A stretch of 64,000 nucleotides of DNA, from assembly GCA_001179505.1 (NCBI GenBank), contig CDMY01000500.1, forward strand, positions 667-64,666, read 5' to 3'. This stretch comes from Vitrella brassicaformis CCMP3155 (Eukaryota; Protista; Chromerida). Shown in pieces: positions 34,579-46,500 of the stretch (positions are counted from its first letter, which is position 1; each line of letters starts with the position of its first letter). The notes below the pieces were generated by a model. The model had not been told where the DNA came from and made no database searches. It saw nothing but the letters and a program-made list of their open reading frames with translations. Made by a program: the position numbers and the translations under genes.

Positions 34579-35272
34579 GATCCGGGAGAGCAGAGAGTGG
34601 TGGTCTAAGGCGTCTGTTGTCCTTTTGATTTATGTACTGTCTGCTTCTGTGTACCAGCACGTTTGTATGTATTTATGTGTGAGTCGAGCCAAGGCCTCAA
34701 GTAGATAGAAATCGGCCTTCTTTCCTTCTTTGTAGGCATGTTGGCGCTATGCTGCATGAGTATATGTATGTCAAGTAGGTCGTCCGCCTTGTGCCGTGAC
34801 GTGCCTCGATATTCCATGTGTGCTTGTTGGTTGAGGGAGGGGTTTTCCGAGTCTTTCAGATAGCGACGAGGGACGGGCGATAAAAGACACGCCGTCTCAC
34901 ACTCGCTGACTCGCTCCCCTTCCATGAGTGTGATGAGCTGGGTGGGTCGGGTTTGTCGGAGAGGGAGTGCGAGAGACAAGGGTCAGTTCATGGGTCATGC
35001 ATGTAGTCACATGAACTCACACCCATCCAGCCTCTCGCCTCTCTCTCCCGTCTGCTGTCTGCAGCAGCCTCCCGCCTGACCCGCTCTATCGGCCTTACGG
35101 GCACACATCACACACACACACACCCCACTCATTCACCGACCAAAATGCCTCACTCACTCATCAATCAAACACACAAGACAAGACACTGACAAGGCAAGAC
35201 AAGACCCACGCACAGTGTTGCGATTGATTGAGCTAGCTAACGTACGTACAGGCCACGCACCGCACTGGTCGG

Positions 35273-36612
35273 TCATGAAGACGGCACGGTCACCTGTCCA
35301 GTCCCGTTGACGAGCTGCCCACCTTCCCCGCCCAGCCCGTAGTTGCGCGTGAGGGAGTCGCGGATGGGCGGCTCCATCCCATTCAGCATGGTCGTCCAGG
35401 CGGCCGCATCCACCTGCTGCCGAAGAGCTGCAGTCAGTGCAGTCAGGTCAGAGCCAAGAGAGAGAGGGATGGGTGAGTGTGATGATCTCCACTCCGTGTG
35501 TGTGTGTGTGTGTGTGTTATGGGGGGTTGGTTGCACCTGTGATGACTTCGTGGAAGAGTTGCGCGAGGTTCTTTGGAGGGTTTGGGATGGACGCCAGCGA
35601 GTGGAGTAGCACAGGAATGTCCTTCATGGCCACGCTCGGGTTGGCCTTGATCAAGGCGTACAGACCTGCACACACACACACACACAGATACACACACGGG
35701 GGGATGGATGGATGGATGGATGTGTGTGTGTGGGTCCCTCTGCCACCAGGTCCCTACCGTGGAATGCGTTCATCTTTTCGTGGTCGTTCCTGGCGTAGAT
35801 CATGATGAAGCACCAGCGGCTGTAGAACTGCTCCAGGTGAACCGCCACCTTAGCAGTGCACACCAACCCCAATCGGCCCTGCACACACACACACACACGT
35901 CTCTCTCTGTGCTCTGTGCGGGGCGCCCATCCGTCCGTCCCGCATCACATACGCTGTCTGTCTGCCTGTCTGTCCGACCAGTGTGATGCATCCGTTCTGG
36001 AGCAGCGATCTGTGAAGGTTTTCCCTTCTGACGACGGTGATGAGCTGAGCGGTGATCTGGTCGACGTAGGGGCTCATGATGTCGCCCCCGCCGTGGACGG
36101 CGATCTCTCCTATCGCCCAGCTGGCGTTGTTGCACACAGACACAGCCGAGTGCACCAGGTGCTGCGTCAGCTGACACACACACACACACACCACACCACA
36201 CACACAGAGGCAATGCGTCCCCCTCTCTCTGTCTGTGTGGTGCGGGTGTGGGTGTGGCGGGGGGCGCTTGGTGACTGCCTTACCTCTGGCATGATTTGTG
36301 GGAGGTATGGTTTGAGCTGCTCCATGGCGCGGCCGGAGACGTCGCCCACCAGGGCGAATGACGACTGCTTCACCTGCATGTTAGAATCCTGGACAGGGGA
36401 GGGACAACACGGCGTCGTGTGGTGTGGTGTGGTGTGGTGTGTTGCTCGGCTTGATCTGATCTCGGGTCTCCACCCACCTGGCAGCACCGTGCGAGCAGTG
36501 GGATGAAGTCGTGTGTCTGCAGCAGCTGCGGGGTCTTCTTGTCCAGAGCCTCCACCACCGCCCCCAACGCGTCCAACGCCGCGCCCAACATATCTCGACG
36601 CGGGCGCTCACT

Positions 36613-36644
<32 letters not shown>

Positions 36645-39582
36645 GGATGCACTCCAGTGCACCGCAACCCTTGTGTGTGTGCGCATGGAAGCTGACCATT
36701 GCCTGTGTGGCGGATTTGTCGATTTCGTCAAGTACGCAGTTGGTTGTCCGGATGCAGCGGACGATGAAGGGCTCCATGTAGGGGATGAAGTCCTCCCCCA
36801 GTGCGTGGCTGACGGCCGTGAGGCACTCGAATATCGGGATCAGCTGCACGTCGTGGTCGGTGGCCTGGGACAGCCGGTGAATCAGTGGCGGGATCAGCGC
36901 CTACGGCATCCACGCCAGGATGCACACACACACACAAGGTACCTTCCTGGCTGTCCAGTCTATGCAGTGTTCCCTCTCTCGCGAGAGATCTCCCTCGGCG
37001 GTTGTTTGGACCTCGATCTCACCTCAATGTACTGTTTTTGCCTGAGGTAGCTGCCCACTGCCTCCGCAAGAGTGCCGATCGCGTCATAAAGAATCAGCAC
37101 ATTCCGGGCCTACCAACCAACCAACCACACACACACACACACGGTCACACAGACGAACACCAGAGGGAGAGGGGAGAGGGCAGAGGACGCGCCCGCCCTT
37201 GCTGACCTGGTAGATGTTGAATGCGGCGACAAGGGTGTTAATGATGTCCTGCAGGTATGGCACGAGGAGGTCGCGCGCCTCCTCCTCCAGCGTGGCGAAC
37301 GCGCTGCACGCCGCCTCCTGCACACGCTTGTTCCGGTCACTCATGTGGCTCAAGATCTATGGACACGGCAACACACACAAGGGAGACACACACACACACA
37401 CACACAGATGGGTGGCGGGGCCGGGCCGGGGCGGGGCGGGGCCGGGTTGGCCAAATCACCCTCTCTCTCAGTCTGTTGCCTCTCACCTCTGCCAGGACGG
37501 TCTTGAAGTATCTGTCTCGGTTGGGCTTGTCGCAGATCCACACAGAGAACCGGGAAATGCACCAACACGATATCGTCCGAATCAAAGGCTACAACCACAC
37601 ACAGAGAGAACACACACAGACCAAGCACAGCAATCCGCACATCGATGTGTGTGTATGGTTTGAGGGCGTGTGTGTGTCCGTGAGGTCTGGGGGCGAGCTT
37701 GCCTTCGGTTCTCTCGTGAGAGTGAGGAGGAGCTCGATGACCTTTGGCAGGAACTGGTTGAGCCCGGCCATGCAGCCCTGGGCTATCGCGCCAAGACACA
37801 GCACAGCGCTCTCCCGCACATCCCAACTCTCTGCCCGCAACCGCTCCTATCACACACACATACACACACACACACACTCATCAACTTTTGCTTTGTCTCC
37901 TCTCCCTGTGTGTGTGTGAGATGTGTGTAGGTCCACCCACCTACCTCTATCGGCCCGAGTAGCTGGGGCAGAATGCTGACGCCGTAGTGGGTGCTGAGGT
38001 GGTCTAGCGCCAGTGCAGCCGACTTGCGCACCGTCCAGTCGCCGCCCCATGCCCCCCGCTGCGTATCGTCGCCCTCGTCCTCGTCAACACTCTCCTGATG
38101 ACACACCAACCAGTGTGTGTGTGTGTGTGTGTGTATGGGCGTCTTACTTGGCCTGCTCTCGGGTGTGACTGGTGGAATCTGGGTCCGATGTCGTGGGCCT
38201 CGTCGGGGACGGCGGTGTTGTCGTCCTCGATCTGACTCACATCCATCGCCAGGTAGTCCCATTCGGTGTAGACCGTGTGGCGCAGCAGCACCGGGATCAG
38301 CCTGATAAACACGACATCACACAAATCAAATCAGCGGATGATGCAATCACACGGGCGGGTGTGATTGCCGAACCACCCTACTTACTTTGGGAGGAACCTG
38401 GCGAGCTCGTTCCTGCATTGGTCGTGTTGGATGACGGGTTGCCAGAACTCCATGGCCTCCATCCTGAGGTTGTACGACTCGCTGTCGCTGCACCCTATCA
38501 TGAACTCCAGCACCGCATCCACCGCAGTCAGTATCAGCTGCACACACACACACACAGACACACACAGACCATCCCTCCCTCCCTCCCTCCCCACTGCAGC
38601 CACACCACACTCACGCAGCTCACCTCCATGTTGGTGTCGGCGAGGGATCCAAACCCCGTGCACACCAGCCGCTTAATGTTGGGGTCAGGGTCTGTCGCCA
38701 GCTGCCCCAGCGCCTCCCAGTAGCTCCGCAGCGACCCGTGGAACGGCTCCCCCACGTCGAATGCCCGGTGGTTGGCGAAGTAGTTGAGGCACTGGATGGC
38801 GTACTTGCGGCACACGGGCCTGGCGCCGGCCTGGCAGAAGGCGAACAGCTTCGGGAACAGGTGGTGGGCCACGAACGACTGGAAGTCGGTGTCGTGCAGG
38901 TAGCGCAGGCCGTCGGTCTCGTCCTCGCAGACCTTGCATAACGCCGAGAAAGAACTGCACCCACACGCACACGCCCATGCGCCGCAGCCACGTGGTGTGG
39001 TGTGGTGTGGTGTGTCTGCCTGCGTGTGTGTGGTGTGGTGTGGTGTGGTGTGCCCACCCGTCGACGATGTCATCGTTCGCGTCGTCGAGGCTTGCGAGGA
39101 GCGCCGTGAGGGCCTCGGGCCACCCACCGGCACCACCGGCCATGATGATGGTCGTTATCGCAGAACCTGCACACACACACACACACTCACGGGACAGATA
39201 TGGCAGACCTCTTCCCCAGTCTGTCTGCCTGTCTGCCTGTCGGTCTGGCTGACCTACCTGCAGTGGACCGAATAGACCTGTTAGGGTCCCTGATGACGGC
39301 AAGCAGCTTGGCCTTGATATCTGCCAGCCTGTTGGGCGGCAGCGACGCCCAGTCGCTCCTGACTCGGTTCTTGAGCATCAGCCCGACCCGCTGCCGCACA
39401 TCGGGGCTCTCCTCGGGCATCATGGCGAAGATGTGACCCAGGTAGTTGAGCGCATCCGGCAGGGCGAAGAACTCATTCAGGTGCGCGTTGATCTGCTGCT
39501 GCACCGCGGTGTCCGGGGTGGAGGCCTGGCGCATCAGCTGCACCAGGGTGGACAGGTGCTGCGGGTTCGGCTGCCACGCCAT
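35273..39582 (-). CDS. TNPO1: Transportin-1 / importin beta-2 (Kap104 orthologue)
   Basis: [50 protein letters not shown], acidic H8 loop then [65 protein letters not shown]. Confidence 0.95.
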
Positions 39583-40047
39583 AAGAGATAGGTGTGGGCA
39601 GGGAGGGAGGGACGCCTGATTGTCAGTCAACCAATGGTAGTGACGCCGACCGGGAGATCTGGCGGCAAAGATGTGCCGTGATCTCAGCTATCGAGGTGAC
39701 ATCTAGCAGCACACTGCACACCCGGGTTCTCTTCTTCTTCCCTTTTGCGCATGCGAGCTAAGAAGAGGTCTGCGAGCTTAGCGGACAGACGGAAAGCAGC
39801 AGACGCCGTGACCATGTCGACCATGGTCACAGGGTGCATGTTCTGAGTGGACATGCACCATGCAGTTTCCACAAGTTCCGACGAGCGGTCCGTCGTGATC
39901 TGCCCGGACAAGCCAACCAGACAGCGTATCGAGTTCTCGTCCCCTCCGTCCCCCACCCCGCGCGAGCAACCGTGAGCGAGACAGCTTGTGGCTGACGATG
40001 TGTGCGTGTTGACCACCCGAGTGACGCCAGCCGACAGGAGCCGCGCC

Positions 40048-40474
40048 ATGCATCATGCCGGTGATCCAACCCTGGTAGGACGTCAGCCGGTCGGGAGCGT
40101 CCACAACGGCAGTCACCAGCGCTACGACGCGCCGCAGCCACAGCAGCATATGCCACCGGTGGGGGGCGTGGCCGTGGGAGCGCCGCCGGCCAGTGCCGCG
40201 CTCGGGGGGCATGCCGGACAGCCAAACAGCGTCGGGGGTGGCGGTGGCGGTGACGGAGGCGGGCCGTATGGCGGACCTCAGCAAGAGTATGTCTACGAGA
40301 ACCTGCCGCCCTCATGTGAGCAACGGGGTGACGGGTGGGCGATTGAAGCGAGGCGATGTGTGTCAATCAGTCGGCCAGCCAGCCACCCAGGCAGACAGAA
40401 GTGATGTGATCGCTTCCTCCTTATCATCCACTGTCTGTGTGGCCTGCCTGTGCTCTGTGTTGGTGTGCTTGTGC

Positions 40475-40508
<34 letters not shown>

Positions 40509-43500
40509 ATGCGCCGATGAGCAAAGGGCCGATGAACAGCCAGGTGAGGTGGTGCTGAGCGCACTCACAGACAGGACGATTGTTGCTCCTCACAGACACT
40601 CACGTCCCCCTTTCCCGCCATGTGTGTGTCTCGCGTCAATGTGTTGTGTTGTGTGCTGGCTGGTCCCAGGGTCCCCCCGCGCAGCCCCCTCCGGTGACCC
40701 GGGCCATGTCGAGCCTCCTGGACGACAAACAAGCCAAAACGTTTCAGCCCTGGCACCTGGGGCCCCGCTCCAGGAAAGCCGTGGACGGCCAGGCCGGCAT
40801 GGGTGACGGCAGCCAGGAGGGATACGGCCACCAGGACACAAACCACATGCCATTGGTCAGCAAGTGCACCGATCCCATCCATCGTGCACAGGAGGGAGCA
40901 TTCTTGTATGTGTGTGTGATTGGGTCGCGTCAGGGTGGTCGTGAGGAGCAGCCGCCCATGTCTTCCCACGGCGGCCACAGCGGTGGTCTGGGGGCATCTC
41001 AGCTGTGGTACCCTGACCAGCAGCACCATCAGCACCAGCAGCAGCAGCAGAGTGGGAGCTTCGTCCCCCCACCGCGAGAGAAGAGGATCCTCGAGATAAG
41101 GGACCCCAAGAGCGGTCAAACGATCAACCCCACCGGCAAGAGCGAGCAGCAGAGGGGCGACCGCGATGGCGCATCCAGCGATGCGGGCAGCACCGTCGAC
41201 GACAAAGGCATGCGACCGTCGGGAATGGGCCCCGCGCCGATCGACGCCTCATCGATGTTGAGGCCCCCCCAGCATCCGGCAACGGCCGCGCCATCCATTG
41301 TGCCCCCCCAGGCCAATGGCGGGCCGGCCAGACCTCCAGCAAGCGTCCCGCCAGCACCTATGGCGGCTGGTGTTGGTGCAGGGGCAGGGGCGGGCGGTGG
41401 CTTGCCGCCCCAGCCGACCTCGTCTCAGCAGCGACGGAAGAAGATCACCAACGTGGGATTGGGCAAGGGGGGCGAGAAGCCCTCGCCCAGCCCGCACAAG
41501 GAGGCCAGCAGCGACGAGCAGCGCACCATGGCGCCGCCAGAGAGCGCTCGCAGCAGCCCACAGCCGTCCAACGACGCCACCCAGATGGACGCCGTCGGCC
41601 ATCCCCCAACCGACGGCCGCCCGTCGGCGTCGGCAGCGAGTATGGTCAGCAGCCACAGCGGGCCCCCGCCGTTCCCTGGCTACCCTGCTACGACGCCTCC
41701 TTACACGCAACAGCAGCAGCAGCAGCAGCAGCCGATGCCCCCTCCCCCAACGTATATGGCGTCACACCACCCACCAACTGCCGCAGCTGCTGCTGGTGCC
41801 CCGTATGGCCCGCCTCAGGGCGATGGCGGCCCTCCTGCGTTCCAGACGCCCCCGCCCCCTCACCCCATGCCGCATCAGCAGCAGCAGCAGCAGCAGAAGA
41901 GACCTAACGGTGCGCCGGTGCGCCAGCCGCCACCGCCCGGCGCGCAGGGAATGTTGGCGAGCCCACAGCAGATGGGCCAGGGGGGCGAGTATCGGGGGAT
42001 GCCGCAGGGGCAGCCGCAGCCCCCGCCCCCTCCACCCCCTCCCCCGCCCACAACGGCTCCACAGCCCACAGGGGGCGAGCAGAAGAGGAAGCATCGCATC
42101 GAGAACCGCGGTCTGAAGCAGGAAGTGGCGGGGGGCAAGAAGCCGGCGGGCGCGGCCACTGGCTCCCTCCCGCCGTCGGCCATGCCGACACCGTCACAGC
42201 CACAGGTGCCGCCGCACGCGCACTCCCACCCGCCCACGCCCTCACAGATGCCTGGGGCTGGCATGAGTAGCGGACAGGGGCTGCTGCCACATCCGTCCAT
42301 CTACCCTCATGGACCGTCGGGGACCGCCCAGCCGCCGCCGCCGCCCCAGCCGCCGTTCGCGACGAGAGGGCACACGACGGAGAGCTATGCCGAGTATCCC
42401 TATCCCGGGCCTCAGGTGGCGAGAGGGGGTGCAGCGGGGCCGGGCAGTCTGTCGCACCAGCATAGCCTAGCTGGGGGTGGTGCGGCGCAGCCCGAGGTGG
42501 GTGGGCCGTCTCGGCCTCCGCCGCCCCCGTTGATGAGTCCTGACGTCGTGGTGGGTTCGCAAGGGCGGCCTCCCCCGCCCGCGCCCTCTTACCCGATGCA
42601 GCAACAACAGCCGCCACTGATGCAACAGCAGCAGCCGCCGGTCAGCCCGACGCCCCCAGACGCGGGCATGCAACAGCAGCAGCAGGTGGGCGGGGCCGAG
42701 GGTCGGGCCAAGCGCGGCAAGAACAAGATCGGCAATGTGGGCATCACAGCCAAGAAACCACCACCCGCAGCCGCACCACCGACAGCGCCACAGCCTGCAC
42801 CGTCGATGCCTCCCCCCCACCAGCAGCAGCCGCAGCCACAGCCCCATGAGAAGCCGCCCCCCGCGTCCATCCCCCCAACGCCCACTCAGCCGCCGGCCAT
42901 GCCACCCCGAGACAGACGGGGGTCGGGGCTGCTCGAGACGCCCTCTCCCTCAGAGCGAATCGTTCCACCCAAGACGGCGCCCCAGGGCCGCGACCAAGAC
43001 AGCTGGCGCAGCAGCCACGGCGGCCGGCCCGACACTCGTGGTGCGCCGTCAGAGCCGTACAAGACGCCGCCCAAGACGATGCCCCAGAAAGGTGTGGCTG
43101 GGCCGTACATCCCGCCGCCACAGCGGAGCCGGCTGCAGAACTTCCCCATGGAGGGGGGCGTGCAGCGGATCGAAGTTCTCTCCACACCTACCCCGACACC
43201 GACGCCCAAGCGCGAGACCAACCTGCAAACCGTGCCCGAGAAGGGGGAGAGTGAGGCGACTGCTCCGGCGCCCACCGCGGCAGCTGTTGCTGAGCCTGCC
43301 CGGGCTGCTGCACCAGTACCAGCACCAGCACCGGCGCCGGCGCCATCGTCAGCGCCACCCCAGCAGCAGCCGGGGCCTCCTGTGGTGATTCCTTATCAGC
43401 CGCAGCCGGTGGTGCCATTCCCCGCCGACAGAATCGCCGATGCATCGGCCGCCATGGCTTACCTGCAGTCACAGCAGCCGCCGCACCACCCTGCCCACCC

Positions 43501-46500
43501 AGCGGCAGGCGTGATGCCCCTGGTCACAGCCCCGCCCATCATGGCGATTCCCCAGGCGGTCATTCCGCCCATTCAGCAGCTGCAGCAGCCTCCGCCACAG
43601 CCACAGCCACAGCCGGTCGATCAGCCATCGGCTCTCGCTGCGGCTGCGGCATCTGCTGGTGCTGAGGAGGGGGCAGGGCGGAAGAAGAAAAAGAAGATCA
43701 CCAACGCGGCGCTGCCGGCAGGCAAGACTGCCCCCACAGAGAAGGAGGGCGTCAAAGCGGTTGAAGACCAGACAGACGAGGTGAGACAAAAGGATATGGA
43801 TGCACCCACCGACCTTTGGAGTGTATCTATTCCTCTGCTCTGTATGTCCTTCCTTCGAGCTGTCCTGTCAGGCGTCCCTGGCCCCGCCGTCCGGCCCCCC
43901 CACAGAACCCACCTCCCCAGCCCCCAAGCCCGACGAGGCCCCCACCGAGCCATCCCCCACCCCACCACCCCTTCCCCCCACACAGGCCCCAGAGGCACCC
44001 CCCGCTGCACCCTCAGAGCCGCCTGCCCCGCCACCCACGGCAGCAGGACCTCCTGCGCCACCAGCTGCGGCGGCTGCTGAAGGCGACACAGTCACTGACA
44101 TAGAGGACCTCAAGCCGAGAGAGCGGCCAGAGGAGCCACACGTGGCAGACGAGACAAGGGAGGATGCAGCAGCAGCAGCAGCAACAGCAGCGGGAGAGCA
44201 GGAGCAGCCACCGACTGCACCAGCAGCAGCAGCGGCCGAGGAGCCTTCAAAAGAGGTTGCTGCTGAGGAGGGTGAGGCCGAAGTTGAGGAGGAGGAGGGT
44301 GAGCGTGAGCGTCGGCAGGAGGGTGATGAGGCGGCTGTGCCGATGGCTTTGCCGGTGTCTGTGCGCGAGAGCCCGTCCAAGCCGGGCGTGGTGGTGGTCC
44401 AGGGCAAGAAGCCCCCGCCGACCCCCACAAAGACGTCGTGGAAGGAGAAGGAGGGCGACCTCGACAAGGACCCCTTCGCCGCACCCAAACCAGGTCAGTC
44501 AGTCACTGAATCAATCCAACCAATGGGGCGACGAACGACCGAACCAAGGAAGAATGAGCCGCCCACCGGTCTGTGTTTATTGCATTGCAGGTTCAGCCGC
44601 GGCAGCTGCTGGTGAGATGGAGGAGCCCGGGGCGCCCGAGGTTGAGGGCCAGGAGGAGGAGGGCCCACCGGAGGGGGAGGAGCCACCGCTAGATGAGGAG
44701 GAAGAGGTCAGCGGGCGGGGAAATGAACGCTGCACTGCACTGTACTGCACTTCATTGCCTGTCTGTCTGTCTGTCTGTCATTGCGTGTGTGCATCAGAAT
44801 CCCGACAATTGGGAGGACATGGCTGAGGCGAGAGTGAGCCAGCCACCCACCATTGTCCGCAGACAACAGCTTGCAGACGACGTACGCTGTCACACACACA
44901 CAACACACACACACACACACACATCGACAGCCGTCAGCTCAGCTCGTGTGCCATTTATTATGTGTTATGCAGGATACCTCCCGCCGCGTGTACTCCCGAG
45001 ACAGACTACTCGCCTACAAGCCGCCGGTAGTAAGCCACCAGAGCCCCCACCCCACACAGAGAGACTGACAAGCCAAGCCATGTGCCAGGGTGCATAGCAT
45101 CGGTGCTCTCTCTGTGTGCAGGTGAGCGACGAGCCGCCCGAGGAGGTGGCCAATCTGCGGGATGCGGCCGTGGAGCGGCAGCCAGGAGGCGCCTTCGACT
45201 CCAGGCCTGGGTTCCGGGGCGGCTTCGGCTCACGGGCGACAAAGAAGCTGTAAGTGCCACATCGCGTCGCATCAATCAAACAAGAGAGAGCACCATTCAC
45301 GAATTAATGAATGGGGAGATGTGTGTGTCGCATCGCTTTGTGTGTCAGCGGCGAGCCTCCCGGCCGCTTCGGCGTCAGTCTGCGGCCTGGCGGAGGGGGA
45401 GGACTGCCATCTACTGTCCCGGTGCGTCTGTCTGTCTGTCTGTCTGCAAACGCCGACACACATGCACTGATTCTTTGCACCTTTGCTTGCTGCAGAAGTT
45501 TGGCCAGGACTTCAAGCCGTCGACAGCCCGGCTGGACAGCTACCCCAAGAAGTCCCCTCCGAGCGACCGGCGGGCGCCCCCCTACGGGGGCTACGGCGGC
45601 TACGGCGGCGGGGGCGGGTACAGCTACGCATCACCTCCCGGCTCATTCGGCAGGGGTCAGTGCAATATTCATTGTACAAGGATGGATGGATGGACGGATG
45701 GCTTTGTGTGTATGTGGCTGGCAGCGCCCCCCCCTGGAGCGGACGGTGGGTACGTTCCAGTGCCGAAGCCGAGTGCCAACGCGTACCGTGTGACGAAGCC
45801 GACGGAGAGGAACCAGGTCATCGAGCGGGACGCCAAGAGCAAACTCAACAAGCTCACCATCGAGAAATTCGAAGTCATCGCCGAAAAACTTGGTGGGTGG
45901 GTAGCTCAGCTCGGTGGCACTCACGGGGAGGGAGGGAGGGAGGGAGGGAGGGGGGCCACGCTTCGTCACGTGTGTGCCTTGTCCGTGTGTGTGTGCGCGT
46001 GCAGCCCAACAAGGCGAGCAGCTGCAGAGTGAAGAGGAGCTCGACCTGTTTGTCGCTATCGTTTTCGAAAAGGTCACTCACACCCATATCCCCACCCTCC
46101 CCACCCTCCCCCACGCATTGGAGCATTGGATGGATCCATGTCTGTCTGTCTGTCTGTCTTGTCTGTGGTGTGTCTGGTGTGTGGTGTGGTGCAACGCATG
46201 AATGAATGAAGGCTGTGTCCGAGCCCAACTTCAGCGAGATGTACGCTGACCTCTGCCAGATCCTCCGCTGGCGGTCACCCGAGTTCCCACACGAGAAGGA
46301 GAAGGGCAAGACCTTCTACAGGGCGCTCCTCAACAAGTGCCAGGAGGAATTCGAAAAGTGGGCGGGGCGACCGAAGCACTCACACAACAGACACACACAA
46401 CTTTGATCATTCCTGTGTGTGTGCGTGTGTAAACAACCAGGCTGCCCGAGACCAAGATGACGCTGAGCGACGAGGACAAGGCGAAGCTCTCGTCCGACGA

